A stretch of DNA of 64,000 bases. It comes from Candidatus Parcubacteria bacterium (GTDB lineage: Bacteria > Patescibacteriota > Patescibacteriia > CAIXNZ01). Where the stretch lies: contig JAPLYG010000009.1 in assembly GCA_026395685.1 (NCBI GenBank), positions 17,519 through 81,518 on the forward strand. Reading direction: 5' to 3'. A program made the translations under genes and the position numbers. Shown here piece after piece: positions 38,562-48,454 of the stretch (positions are counted from its first letter, which is position 1; each line of letters opens with the position of its first letter). Under the pieces are notes generated by a model. The model was not told the DNA's origin and made no database searches. It saw only the letters and a list, made by a program, of their open reading frames with translations.

Positions 38562-39116
38562 TTAGCGAAGGCGGGACTTAGAAAAAACACAACCGCAATA
38601 ATCCTGTCGATAAAGCCCTAACCTTCCCGCCAGCCAATCAGCAATTTGCGTGCCATATTTTTTCTTAAAATCCTGATCCCAAAACTTCACCTTGTACTTA
38701 CCTTCCACTTTACGCCCGGCGTTTAAAACTTGCAAGGAGTTTTTCTGGCGACCCATGGTCAAGGTGGTACTGAACCAACCATAGCCATTAGCCTGGGCAA
38801 ATTCCGCAGTTTTATCTAAACGCAGCAAAAAGCACAGATTACAACGGAAACCCCGTTCCGGTTCCTGTTCATAACCTTTGACAAATTTTAACCAGTGCTT
38901 TGGCTGATAATGCGCCTCAATATATTTGATCTTTTTACGGCGGCAAAATTCCTTGACTTCAGCCAGACGCTGTAAATACTCGTCCTCGGGAAAAATATTG
39001 GGATTAAAAAAGTAAACAGTTACCTCAAATTTATCCAGCAACTGGTTAATCACGTAAATGCTGCAGGGAGCGCAGCAGGTGTGGAGTAATAACTTTTCTT
39101 TTCCCAAATTATCCAT
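38562..39116 (-). CDS. queH: epoxyqueuosine reductase QueH (DUF208)
   Basis: Hallmark LLLHTCCAPCS motif plus downstream CxxC (CNLCF; CGCV). Confidence 0.85.
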   Translation of the reverse strand: MDNLGKEKLLLHTCCAPCSIYVINQLLDKFEVTVYFFNPNIFPEDEYLQRLAEVKEFCRRKKIKYIEAHYQPKHWLKFVKGYEQEPERGFRCNLCFLLRLDKTAEFAQANGYGWFSTTLTMGRQKNSLQVLNAGRKVEGKYKVKFWDQDFKKKYGTQIADWLAGRLGLYRQDYCGCVFSKSRLR

Positions 39117-39259
39117 GGAATGTTTGATAATTTAAAATCTAAAATGCAAAGTGCAAAATTGCAAAGCAAAGTTAAAAGTTTTGGAATAAAATTTAAATAA
39201 TATTTCTTAAATTTTAAGCTACCAACTGTAACTTTGCATTTTAAACTTTGAACTTTTAA
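39117..39259. repeat. intergenic repeat family C copy
   Basis: aaaatgcaaagtgcaaaattgcaaagcaaagttaaaagtt ... ctgtaactttgcattttaaactttgaactttt. Confidence 0.5.
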
Positions 39260-39598
39260 CTACTTTTTTAAAAGCCAGCTTGTCAGCCAGGACACAACGC
39301 ACAAAATCAAAGCTCCCCAGAATGCCGGCCAAAACCCACCAACAAAAAAGCCTTTGACGATCGTAGAAGTTAACCAGAATAAAAAGGCATTGATGATCAG
39401 GGTGAACAAACCCAAGGTTAAAATGTTTACTGGCAAAGTCAAAAGAACCAGCAAGGGACGGATCAAGGCATTTAAAATTCCTAAGACCAAAGCCGCGATT
39501 AAAGCCGCATAAAAACTGGAGATGCCAATTCCCGGCAAATAAAGCGCGATCAGCATAATAGCAATCGCATTGATTAGCCAACGTAGAATGAGTTGCAT
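39260..39598 (-). CDS. DUF360 / phage-holin-family 4-TM membrane protein
   Basis: Four TM helices in 112 aa; overlapping ORF 39219-39581 judged spurious. Confidence 0.55.
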   Translation of the reverse strand: MQLILRWLINAIAIMLIALYLPGIGISSFYAALIAALVLGILNALIRPLLVLLTLPVNILTLGLFTLIINAFLFWLTSTIVKGFFVGGFWPAFWGALILCVVSWLTSWLLKK

Positions 39599-39704
39599 AG
39601 GTTTTAAAGGTTATATGAGGTTAATTAGGTTTTATTAGGTTATATAAGGTTACACAAGACCGTCTATAATCCATAATCTATCAGCTATAATCTACTTCTA
39701 GTTT

Positions 39705-39736
39705 ACCAAAAAACGCCCTATTTTTAAAGAGCGTTA
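39705..39736 (-). terminator. rho-independent terminator after rarA
   Basis: Minus strand AACGCUC-loop-GGCGUU then UUUUUU. Confidence 0.5.
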
Positions 39737-40987
39737 ATTGGACTCCAGATATTTCCTATTTTTCAATTTTTCCGGCAAATAATCCTGTTTTGCGTCTTCA
39801 GCATTTTTAAAATTAGGTGTATATTTATAATCCTTGCCATAATTCAAATCCTGCATTAATTTCGTGGGCGCATTGCGCAGATGCAAGGGCACAGGTTCAT
39901 TGGGTAAATTCTTGATATCTTGTTTAACCTGACCAATGGCAAGATAAAGTTTATTGCTTTTCGGAGCTTTGGCTAAATAGGCTACTGCCTGAGCTAAAAT
40001 CACATCACATTCAGGATAACCAAGATAATGACAGGCAGTATAAGCTGACACGGTCTGAACCAAGGCATTTGGATCGGCTAAACCAATATCTTCCGAGGCA
40101 AACCTGACCAGACGACGCGCAATATACAACGGATCTTCGCCCGATTCAACCATGCGCCCCAGCCAGTACAAGGCTGCATTGGCATCAGAACCGCGCATTG
40201 ATTTATGCAAGGCGGAAATTATATTATAATGCTGTTCTCCGGCCTTGTCGTAAAGGTAACTTTTTTGCAAAGCCTGCTCAATGATCTTTTTATCCAAAAC
40301 AATCTTGCTGTCTTTATTGGGCTTGGTGGAATTTACTGAAAACTCCAAGGCATTCAAAACCGTACGCGCATCGCCATTGGACATCTGAGTTAAATGATCC
40401 TGAACATCTTCACCAATTTCAACTTTCAAATTGCCAAAACCCCGCTCCTTATCGTTCACCGCATTCTTGATGATTTGCTTGAGCTGATCCTGTTCCAAAA
40501 GATTTAAAACAAAAACCCGGCATCTAGAAAGCAAAGCTGAATTGACCTCAAAAGAAGGATTTTCCGTGGTCGCGCCAATCAGAGTTACAATCCCCTTTTC
40601 CACATATGGCAAAAGCGCATCCTGTTGTGATTTATTCCAGCGGTGAATTTCATCAATAAATAAAATCGTTTTTTGGTTTTTAAATTTCTTTCGTTCAATC
40701 GCCGCTTTGATCACATCACGCAATTCTTTTACGCCTGAAGACACAGCTGAAAAAGGCTCAAAAAAAGCTGATGTCTTTTGAGCAATAATTTTAGCCAATG
40801 TAGTTTTACCCGTACCGGGCGGCCCCCAAAAAATAATTGATGGCAAATTGTCAGCCTCAATGGCCTGTCTCAGCAAAGTCTTTGGCCCCACAATCTGCTC
40901 CTGGCCCATAAAATCCGAAAAATCCACAGGCCGCATCCGGTCAGCCAAAGGAGCTGCTTCTCTTAAATTTTTATCAAATAAATCCAT
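39734..40987 (-). CDS. rarA: replication-associated recombination protein A (RarA/MgsA AAA+ ATPase)
   Basis: Walker A WGPPGTGKTTLA, Walker B ILFIDEIHRWNK, sensor motifs. Confidence 0.9.
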   Translation of the reverse strand: MDLFDKNLREAAPLADRMRPVDFSDFMGQEQIVGPKTLLRQAIEADNLPSIIFWGPPGTGKTTLAKIIAQKTSAFFEPFSAVSSGVKELRDVIKAAIERKKFKNQKTILFIDEIHRWNKSQQDALLPYVEKGIVTLIGATTENPSFEVNSALLSRCRVFVLNLLEQDQLKQIIKNAVNDKERGFGNLKVEIGEDVQDHLTQMSNGDARTVLNALEFSVNSTKPNKDSKIVLDKKIIEQALQKSYLYDKAGEQHYNIISALHKSMRGSDANAALYWLGRMVESGEDPLYIARRLVRFASEDIGLADPNALVQTVSAYTACHYLGYPECDVILAQAVAYLAKAPKSNKLYLAIGQVKQDIKNLPNEPVPLHLRNAPTKLMQDLNYGKDYKYTPNFKNAEDAKQDYLPEKLKNRKYLESN

Positions 40988-41079
40988 CTGTTACTAATCT
41001 ACGAATTAGCTACGGATCTACTAATAGATCCTGGATGAAATATAGATGTGTTGATAGTTTAACAAAAAATACTAAAAAG

Positions 41080-41107
41080 AAAAAGGCCTAAATTTGGCCC
41101 TTCCCTT
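41080..41107 (-). terminator. rho-independent terminator after rpmG
   Basis: Minus strand GGCCAAAUUUAGGCC then UUUUU. Confidence 0.55.
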
Positions 41108-41263
41108 TTATTTTGTTTCTTTATGCAAGGTGTGCTTTTTACAGTGCCGGCAGTATTTTTTCAGTTGCATTCTTTCCTTAATAATTTTCTTATTCTTTTG
41201 AGAATAATAGTTGGTCTTTTTACAAACAGTACATTCAAATTTAATTAAATTGTCTTGGGACAT
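41108..41263 (-). CDS. rpmG: 50S ribosomal protein L33 (51 aa, below ORF-track cutoff)
   Basis: Hand translation MSQDNLIKFECTVCKKTNYYSQKNKKIIKERMQLKKYCRHCKKHTLHKETK, a good match to the L33 zinc-ribbon consensus. Confidence 0.85.
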   Translation of the reverse strand: MSQDNLIKFECTVCKKTNYYSQKNKKIIKERMQLKKYCRHCKKHTLHKETK

Positions 41264-41369
41264 ACTATTTTAAAGTTATGAGTTATTAGTTATTAGTTTT
41301 AAGTTAACAAAGCCACCCATCCCGCTCCGCGTCTTTATCTGCGCGAAACTAAAATACAAGGTATTTATT

Positions 41370-41442
41370 AGCCGGGAGAGGGGCTTGAACCCACGACCTA
41401 CTGTTTACAAAACAGTTGCTCTACCAACTGAGCTATCCCGGC
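41370..41442 (-). tRNA. tRNA-Thr (anticodon TGT)
   Basis: Acceptor GCCGGGA/TCCCGGC, D-arm GCTCAGTTGGTAGAGC, anticodon loop TTTGTAA, T-loop TTCAAGC; CCA not encoded. Confidence 0.8.
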
Positions 41443-41622
41443 ATATTTAAATTTTACTGGTTCGGCTTAGGCAGGCGGGTATGTTCTACCAGCTGAGCCT
41501 GGGGGGCATTGACAAGACATTAAACTTATGTAAAATATTTTATCAGAAAACAAAATAAATGTCAAAGCTTGGCTAAAATCCCAAATTTGATATAATAGAA
41601 TCACTATTTAAATTAACAAAGT

Positions 41623-43431
41623 ATGGCTAAAATTAAACCCCGAATATTACAATTTGGCATCATTTTTGCCTTAGCAACTATCATAATTACCCTGCTTGTA
41701 CTTATCCCCTCTTTTTATTTGGTAAAAATCACCAATTTAAAAGAGCTTAATATTTTGGTATCTGTAGTAAAACAACTCAGCATCTTAATAATATTTATCC
41801 TGCCCTTGCTTTTCCTAAGCAAATCAAAGCTGCTGATCATTGCCCTTTCGCTGTTATCAACGGCATATTATTCCCTAATTTTCTTTCTGGTTTATTACTG
41901 GTCGACTTTAAAAACGTTATTTAATCCGTATTTCTTTGTTGATTCTTATGATGCCATAATACCAACCGCTAATATTTTATTTGGGCCCACAGTTGTAATA
42001 TTTTCCGCTATAGCCCTGACAATATTTGTGATTTTTCTATTCTATTTTTTCTATGTTTTATATACGAATATCTGCGAATTAAAAAAACATTTTTCTTCCA
42101 TAAACAAACAGCTAAAATATTTATTAATTATACCCGTTGCTGTTTTATGTATCTGTCCTCAGCCCTTTGGCTTTATCACCTACCACTATCATTTAATTAA
42201 AGAGGTAAATGCCGCCCGTCATTTTTTCAGAGCCTACATCCCCGATTATAAAAATATAAAAACGAATTCTAATGAGAACATTTTTATTTTACAGCTGGAA
42301 TCAATCAATGCCATGGCAACACAGGGTCAGGCTGCTAATTTAGATGCCTATGCCAACCAGGTATTTATACCTAATTTTCAAAAAATCGCCAAAGACGGAA
42401 TATTTTTCCCTTACTTCTGGTCAAATAGCATTCAGACTATTCGCGCGCAAGAAAATATTTTATGCGGAATTACTAATAATATTGACGAGGGAATTGCCTA
42501 TGATGATGGGGTTGACATGGAAAATTGTCTGCCTAACATTTTAAAAAAATCTGGCTATAAAACAATTGTTTTCCGTTCTGACAATCTGGAATTTCAGGGC
42601 ATGGGTGATTTTTTTCAAAAGCTTGGTTACGAAGAGGTTCATTACACAGACATAATGAAACCCCAAGACCCCAAATATCAATGGGGGTTTGATGATTGTA
42701 TTTTTTATCAGCGCGCCTTTGAATATTTAAAAAACAAAGGCTTAGATAAAGAAAAAATATTTGTTTATTTTGAAGTATCATCAACCCATCTCCCCTGGGA
42801 GCCGAAAGCAGAATATACTTTCACCCATAAATTTAATTCCCCGGCTAATTATCTGGAAAAATATTTAAACTCCCAGTCCGAACAAGACTATTGCCTGGGA
42901 AAATTTTACGAAGAATATAAAGAGTATAACGACTCCAAATCGCACCTTTTTATTTTATCCGATCACTCCTGGCCGATAGGCTTTAAGGAGGGCAATTATT
43001 ACAATTTTCAAAACGCCTTCAATGAAAACTATTTGACAGTGCTTTCTTATTTTCCTCCGACTGATAAAACAGGACAATTTAATATCGGGAAAACCGTTAA
43101 GACTCCCCTTATTTATTCAGAAACTGATATCCCACCCACGATTTTCGAATTGCTCAATAATCAAAGCTATCAAAATTCCTTTGTCTTTGAGTTGAAAAAA
43201 GAAAGCACCCAGTCAACTTATGAAAATTGCCAAATTTTAACTCAGCCCTATAGCGGCGGATATTTAATAATCATCTCGGGGACAAACAAGTATATTTACT
43301 CGGTAATTGATAAAACCGTTACCCAATATGACTTAATAAATGATCTTTACGAACAAAGCCCCAAAATCATTGAAACAAATCTACCCTTTGAAGCTTTCAA
43401 GGAAAAATATTTTTGTCAAAGATATAAGTAG
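41623..43431 (+). CDS. sulfatase-like / LtaS-family polytopic membrane protein (alkaline-phosphatase superfamily)
   Basis: 5-6 N-terminal TM helices followed by a large extracytoplasmic sulfatase-like domain. Confidence 0.5.
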   Translation: MAKIKPRILQFGIIFALATIIITLLVLIPSFYLVKITNLKELNILVSVVKQLSILIIFILPLLFLSKSKLLIIALSLLSTAYYSLIFFLVYYWSTLKTLFNPYFFVDSYDAIIPTANILFGPTVVIFSAIALTIFVIFLFYFFYVLYTNICELKKHFSSINKQLKYLLIIPVAVLCICPQPFGFITYHYHLIKEVNAARHFFRAYIPDYKNIKTNSNENIFILQLESINAMATQGQAANLDAYANQVFIPNFQKIAKDGIFFPYFWSNSIQTIRAQENILCGITNNIDEGIAYDDGVDMENCLPNILKKSGYKTIVFRSDNLEFQGMGDFFQKLGYEEVHYTDIMKPQDPKYQWGFDDCIFYQRAFEYLKNKGLDKEKIFVYFEVSSTHLPWEPKAEYTFTHKFNSPANYLEKYLNSQSEQDYCLGKFYEEYKEYNDSKSHLFILSDHSWPIGFKEGNYYNFQNAFNENYLTVLSYFPPTDKTGQFNIGKTVKTPLIYSETDIPPTIFELLNNQSYQNSFVFELKKESTQSTYENCQILTQPYSGGYLIIISGTNKYIYSVIDKTVTQYDLINDLYEQSPKIIETNLPFEAFKEKYFCQRYK

Positions 43432-43475
43432 ACGCAAAAATAAAATCGAGGACAAAATCCTCGATTTTATAATTT

Positions 43476-43558
43476 TGGGCCGGGGAGGGTTCGAACCTCC
43501 GAAGGCGTAAGCCAGCAGATTTACAGTCTGCCCCATTTGACCGCTTTGGTACCGACCC
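43476..43558 (-). tRNA. tRNA-Tyr (anticodon GTA), long variable arm
   Basis: Acceptor GGGTCGG/CCGGCCC, D-arm CCAAAGCGGTCAAATGGGG like bacterial tRNA-Tyr, anticodon loop CTGTAAA, T-arm GGAGG-TTCGAAC-CCTCC. Confidence 0.8.
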
Positions 43559-43662
43559 ATTATAAAAACTTAAAATTCAAAATTCTAATTACTAATTACA
43601 ATTCCTTAGCCGTTGCGCGGATTTTCCGCCAGAGGCGGATCAGCCTCTGGCTGAGAACCATG

Positions 43663-43735
43663 AGCCGTTGTGGAGACTTGAACTCCAGACCTACTCCTTA
43701 CCATGGAGTTGCTCTACCAACTGAGCTACAACGGC
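43663..43735 (-). tRNA. tRNA-Thr (anticodon GGT)
   Basis: Acceptor GCCGTTG/CAACGGC, D-arm GCTCAGTTGGTAGAGC, anticodon loop ATGGTAA, T-arm TGGAG-TTCAAGT-CTCCA. Confidence 0.8.
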
Positions 43736-43967
43736 GTGATATAAACTACTACAACAACTTCTGCGAGCGAAGTTGGTAGGCCGTCCATAATTCTAATTAC
43801 AATTTTAACTGCCTGCCCAGGCGCTCGCGAGCGGCTGGGCCTGTCCGCCGTAGCCCTCCGTAGCATTAGCGTAGGATGGGCGTAGGCGGAAGCTACAACG
43901 GCGTGATATAAACTACTACAACAACTTCAGCAAGCGAAGTTGGTAGGCCGTCCATAATTCTAATTAC
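43725..43967. repeat. 76-bp direct repeat (2 copies, 43725-43800 and 43892-43967, 2 mismatches) whose second copy carries an 11-nt copy of the tRNA-Thr 5' end
   Basis: Direct comparison of the two copies; 91-bp spacer contains a CTGCCYRCC...GGCGG-type hairpin. Confidence 0.7.
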
Positions 43968-44021
43968 TTGCTAAACAAAAAAATCGCCGTAAAATCGATC
44001 TTGATTTAATTTAATTTTATC

Positions 44022-44813
44022 CTAAATTTCTTTAAGCTGCTGTTCAAATTCAGCTATTTTTGCATTTTCGGGATTTACTGATTTTAGCTTTTCCAAAGTC
44101 TCAACTGCTAATTCCTTATTTTTTAATATTATACTATTTGTCAGTAAAAGGTCAAGATATTTAGGGCTATTAGGCACTAATTCCAAAGCTTTTACTAAAT
44201 TTTCAACCACAGACTCGGGTTTTTCCATCTTCTCATAAACTTCAGCCAACTTAAAATACGCCTGGTCATCAGTCTTATTAATCTTTAAAATATGCTTAAA
44301 AGTAGCTTCTGCTTCGACAAATTGTTTTTGCAGATAATACAAATCGCCCAGCTCATGATAAGCCTTTAGATTTTTAGGATCCAACGCCAAAACCTCGATT
44401 ATTTTTTTCTCTGCTTCTTCGAAATTCTCATTTTTCATCAAACTTTTCCCCTCATCTAAAAGATCCTCTATCTTCTTTTCCAAATCTAAAAACTCACTCT
44501 TAGTTACCAAGATTTCCTTTTTGGTCTGATTTTTGTACTTATCCTCAACTTCTTGAATTTTAGTTTTAACTGCGCTTACTTTGCGCTGAAAAAAATTCGA
44601 AAGAATTTGAAAAAATGGCTGGAGCTTCGAAGAAAAATGTTTTACTTTCCGCTCCAATCTTTCCTCAATAATTTTATTCTTAGTCTGGGCAGCTTTTTCC
44701 TCCGGAATTTCATTCACGTCAAAAATAGTCAATAACGGCAATTTCTTTAAAACAATCGCCGATATTCCGGCCAGACATAATAGGATAATAATTAAGGGGA
44801 TTATATTATACAT
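44022..44813 (-). CDS. TPR-repeat protein with N-terminal TM anchor and coiled-coil
   Basis: TPR-like repeats (AYHELGDLYYLQKQFVEAEATFKHILKIN; AYFKLAEVYEKMEKPE). Confidence 0.65.
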   Translation of the reverse strand: MYNIIPLIIILLCLAGISAIVLKKLPLLTIFDVNEIPEEKAAQTKNKIIEERLERKVKHFSSKLQPFFQILSNFFQRKVSAVKTKIQEVEDKYKNQTKKEILVTKSEFLDLEKKIEDLLDEGKSLMKNENFEEAEKKIIEVLALDPKNLKAYHELGDLYYLQKQFVEAEATFKHILKINKTDDQAYFKLAEVYEKMEKPESVVENLVKALELVPNSPKYLDLLLTNSIILKNKELAVETLEKLKSVNPENAKIAEFEQQLKEI

Positions 44814-44840
44814 AATATTTAGATACTTTTAAATAAAAGC

Positions 44841-46073
44841 TTATTTCTCCTTTTCCTGACTTTGATATTTTGCCCGCAGTTTTTTTTGCGCAATTGCCCT
44901 CGAAGCTTCCTGAAAATTAATTATTTTTTTCTTTGCAGCTCTGGGCTTAAATAGATTTTTTAATTTTAAAGCGAATTCTGCCAAGGCGTTTTCATTGCCG
45001 TATGCCTTTGCAAATTCTTTTCTCAGGGTTTCCAGGCCATCCTGATTGAACATGGCATCAGAAAAGAATTTAAACGGAACTTTTTGCAATGTTTCCTTTA
45101 CCAGTGCCGTATATTCTGAATATGCCATATTTGACAGATACAACGGATGATTTCTTTCTCCCATTAAACTGGTTTTGAAATTAGTCAGATGATCTCGCAT
45201 AATAAAAAACGTAACCATTTCCGTAACTGCTTCATTTACTTCTTTAAAATCAGGATCATTATAATTCTGATGCAAACCTAATCTTTCATAATTCTTGTAG
45301 CTCGCGGAATGGACTAACTCATGAACAACCACCCAAAAAACCCGCCATTCATCCTTGTCTGTAAAATGAGATGGAATTGCGACTTGAATCTCATAGCCCT
45401 TATTTACGCCAGCCGAATCCGGCGGATTTCCGGCCAAATCATAATTCAGAATATCCACTAATCTCACGGGGATACTGCTGATATCAGGGAAAGAATCCAA
45501 TTTTCGCAAATTCTTTTCTTTAATCAGGTACTGCGTTACTTCGGCCCTGGCAGTTTTCAGGACCTTGTCAAAAATTATTGGGTAAAATTCTTTTTCCAGC
45601 CAATATGCCTTTTTCAATTCTAAAGCAATAAAAGTAGCCAAATCATTGGCGACCTTCTGCATCTCATCATTATTTTCCTTTTTATATAAACTGCTGTCAT
45701 TTAATAATTTATAAGCGGCTGGCCTTAACTTTTTTACCGTATTCAAATTACGCCTGTAACGAAACGTTTTTTCTTTTATTGGCAGCTCTTCAGAAACATT
45801 ACGGGTCGAGGCATCATAAAGCAAGCGGTAAAAATGTCCAGGCTCAATTTCATCAATTTCAGTTAACCAGTTTATACTACTGACAATGCGATTCGTCTCT
45901 TCCCGGGGAACCTCCAGATCGCATATTTCTTCCAAGTCTTCCTCAGAGACAACAACCGCTTTAATTTGTTCAGGCTCCAATGATTCTAAAGGTCTTAATT
46001 TGCCGGCCTTTTTACGCTGTGCATTTTCTCCAAACTGGTTTGGCAATGATGGAAATGACATATTTTTAAGCAT
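44841..46073 (-). CDS. hypothetical protein with HExxH motif (possible zinc metallopeptidase-like)
   Basis: VVHELVHSAS motif; otherwise no recognised domain. Confidence 0.45.
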   Translation of the reverse strand: MLKNMSFPSLPNQFGENAQRKKAGKLRPLESLEPEQIKAVVVSEEDLEEICDLEVPREETNRIVSSINWLTEIDEIEPGHFYRLLYDASTRNVSEELPIKEKTFRYRRNLNTVKKLRPAAYKLLNDSSLYKKENNDEMQKVANDLATFIALELKKAYWLEKEFYPIIFDKVLKTARAEVTQYLIKEKNLRKLDSFPDISSIPVRLVDILNYDLAGNPPDSAGVNKGYEIQVAIPSHFTDKDEWRVFWVVVHELVHSASYKNYERLGLHQNYNDPDFKEVNEAVTEMVTFFIMRDHLTNFKTSLMGERNHPLYLSNMAYSEYTALVKETLQKVPFKFFSDAMFNQDGLETLRKEFAKAYGNENALAEFALKLKNLFKPRAAKKKIINFQEASRAIAQKKLRAKYQSQEKEK

Positions 46074-46791
46074 TATTGATTATACCATTTAAATTATTTA
46101 TTTTCAAACTCGCTCCCCCGACTAAAACTCCGTCAACTTCCTTCAAGGACATTATATCAGCGCTGTTTAGTAAATTGACAGTCCCGCCATATATAATTTT
46201 CGTGCCGGCTTTACCCATACTACTCAATAATTTACGCAAATAGCCGTGCATTTCGGCAATATCAGCAGTCGAGGCTGCAATCTTGACCCTGCCCTTTTGA
46301 AACGTGGAAATTGCCCAGACCGGCTCATATGCTATAATCACTCGGTTTTTAATGCCTTTGAGGGCTATTTGCAGCTGTTTTTTTAGAATTTTTTTTGTAA
46401 TTCCTCTTTTACGATCCCGGGCATTTTCACCGATGCAAATCACCGGAGTTATATGCAATTTTAACAAATTTTTAATTTTCTGATTAATCATATAATCACT
46501 TTCTAAAAAGTAAATGCGCCTTTCAGAATGGCCGACCAGACAATAGGTGCAGCCCTGCTCCTTTAACATGCTGGCGGAAATTTCCCCTGTAAACGCACCC
46601 TGCTCATATTGAGACACATTTTGCGCCCCTAATTTTATATCGGGCCTTTGATGTTTTGCCAACTCACCTAAAAAGGTATAAGGGGCGGCAAGCACTACTT
46701 CATTTTTACTGCTTTTGATCTTAGCAAGAAAACTTAAAGCTTCCTTGACAGACAAATTCATTTTCCAATTGGCAATAATTATTTTACTCAT
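46066..46791 (-). CDS. tpiA: triose-phosphate isomerase
   Basis: IIANWKMN, GHSERR and GGASLK motifs. Confidence 0.9.
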   Translation of the reverse strand: MSKIIIANWKMNLSVKEALSFLAKIKSSKNEVVLAAPYTFLGELAKHQRPDIKLGAQNVSQYEQGAFTGEISASMLKEQGCTYCLVGHSERRIYFLESDYMINQKIKNLLKLHITPVICIGENARDRKRGITKKILKKQLQIALKGIKNRVIIAYEPVWAISTFQKGRVKIAASTADIAEMHGYLRKLLSSMGKAGTKIIYGGTVNLLNSADIMSLKEVDGVLVGGASLKINNLNGIINNA

Positions 46792-48065
46792 AAGTTTAAT
46801 AGCTTTAAATATTTTTCTTTATTTTTATTGGGACCGACCATAACAAAATTCATTTTATCTCTTAAAATCACTTCCTTAGCCACCTGATTGACTTGCGCAA
46901 GGCTGACCTTTAAAAATTCATTTATTTTCTGCTCGGGCGTCAATAATTTTTTCGCTAAAATAAATTCCCGTCCGTAAAACTCTGCCAAATCATTTAATTC
47001 CTCCAGCTGCATAGTTAAACGACCCTTAATGAATTTCTTAGCTTTGGATAATTCTTCCGCAGTGACTCCGCTGTCTTTTATATCCCTCAATTCCTTGGCA
47101 ATCAGTGCCAGGCCTTTTTCCAATTTATCATTATCCAACCCGGAACGGATCAATAGATCACCGGTATCTTCATAAATATCAGCCTGTGAGCGGATATAAT
47201 AGCACAAGCCTTCTCTTTCTCTGACATTGATAAATAAACGCGAACTCATATTTCCCCCTAAAATAATGGATAAAATTTGAAAAGCAGGCAATTTTGGAGA
47301 TGAATATGGATATGCCGGAAATCCCAGGGCAATATGAGCCTGATTCGTAGCTTTATAATTAAGAGCCGCCTTAGCGACTTTTTGTTTAATGCTAATTGGT
47401 TTGTGTTCAATCCTTTTTTGAAATTTATGGCCAAAACCCTGCTGGTTAAAATATTTGTTCAATACTTTCAAAGTATTTTTATCAACCTTTCCGGAAACAA
47501 TCAAAGCTGCATTTTTTGGAGAATAAAACTTTTCCAAATAGCCAATAATATCCTGCCTGGTCAGAGCCTTAACTGTTTTCCGCGTACCGGCAATATTATG
47601 TTCCAAATCTAAACCCTTAAAAATAGATTCCTCAAACAAAATCTCGGCATACTGAATGGGCTGATCTTCATACATTTTTATTTCCTCCAAAATTACGCCT
47701 TTTTCTTTCTCCAATTCTTCCTTGTCAAATTTCGAATTATTTAACATATCAGAAAGGATATCACAGGCAACTTCAAAGTCACCGACATTAACTTTCATAT
47801 GGTAAGCTGTATGATCCTTAGCTGTAAAAGCATTGAATTCCGCGCCAATACTATCCAGTTCTTTGGAGAGAATAAGAGTTGAGGGCCGTTTTTGCGTACC
47901 TTTAAACATCAAATGCTCTATAAAGTGCGATATACCATATAAATTCTGCCTTAACTCATGGCGCGAACCGACTTTATAAATTAAAAATAAAGCAATTGCC
48001 TTGCTGTCTTTTTTGGGCGCCAAAATCACTGGCAAACCATTTTTTAAAGTTAATTTTTGGTACAT
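46788..48065 (-). CDS. M16-family (insulinase/pitrilysin-like) zinc peptidase
   Basis: Inverted zinc motif HFIEHLMFKGT (HxxEH). Confidence 0.85.
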   Translation of the reverse strand: MYQKLTLKNGLPVILAPKKDSKAIALFLIYKVGSRHELRQNLYGISHFIEHLMFKGTQKRPSTLILSKELDSIGAEFNAFTAKDHTAYHMKVNVGDFEVACDILSDMLNNSKFDKEELEKEKGVILEEIKMYEDQPIQYAEILFEESIFKGLDLEHNIAGTRKTVKALTRQDIIGYLEKFYSPKNAALIVSGKVDKNTLKVLNKYFNQQGFGHKFQKRIEHKPISIKQKVAKAALNYKATNQAHIALGFPAYPYSSPKLPAFQILSIILGGNMSSRLFINVREREGLCYYIRSQADIYEDTGDLLIRSGLDNDKLEKGLALIAKELRDIKDSGVTAEELSKAKKFIKGRLTMQLEELNDLAEFYGREFILAKKLLTPEQKINEFLKVSLAQVNQVAKEVILRDKMNFVMVGPNKNKEKYLKLLNL

Positions 48066-48180
48066 AAATTTTTCAACAAAAATATGAGTTAAACGTCAAT
48101 CAACATCACTTGGCGTTACGTTAAACGATTATCGATAAACGTAACTAATATCGAAACCGTACAACGATAAACGAATTTTA
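48066..48180. repeat. intergenic repeat family B copy
   Basis: ggcgttacgttaaacgattatcgataaacgtaactaatatcgaaaccgtacaacgataaacg. Confidence 0.5.
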
Positions 48181-48378
48181 TTATTCCACCTTAAAGGCGA
48201 CTTTCATATTTACGCGAAACTCCACAATTTTATTATCATTGACTACAGCTGTCTGACCGATGACATCGACGCCGCTGATTCCCCGAATAGACTTGCCTGC
48301 TCTTTTCACGCCATCGCTAATAGCATCTTCAAAACTCTTGGGAGAAGTACCGATTAACTCAACTATTTTTACGCACAT
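48181..48378 (-). CDS. dodecin-family small flavin-binding protein
   Basis: 65 aa; IVELIGTSPKSFEDAI...FRVNMKVAFKVE pattern typical of dodecins. Confidence 0.65.
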   Translation of the reverse strand: MCVKIVELIGTSPKSFEDAISDGVKRAGKSIRGISGVDVIGQTAVVNDNKIVEFRVNMKVAFKVE

Positions 48379-48454
48379 TTTGGCAAAATTAATATTTAAA
48401 ATAAACTTAATTGCTGATTATATTTTATCATAGTCTCTGTGTTTTTTAAAGTGA

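Noticed and set aside
39219-39581. 120-aa ORF overlapping the DUF360 membrane protein in another frame
   Set aside because: Cys/Phe-rich nonsense-like translation. The 112-aa 4-TM frame is the coherent one.
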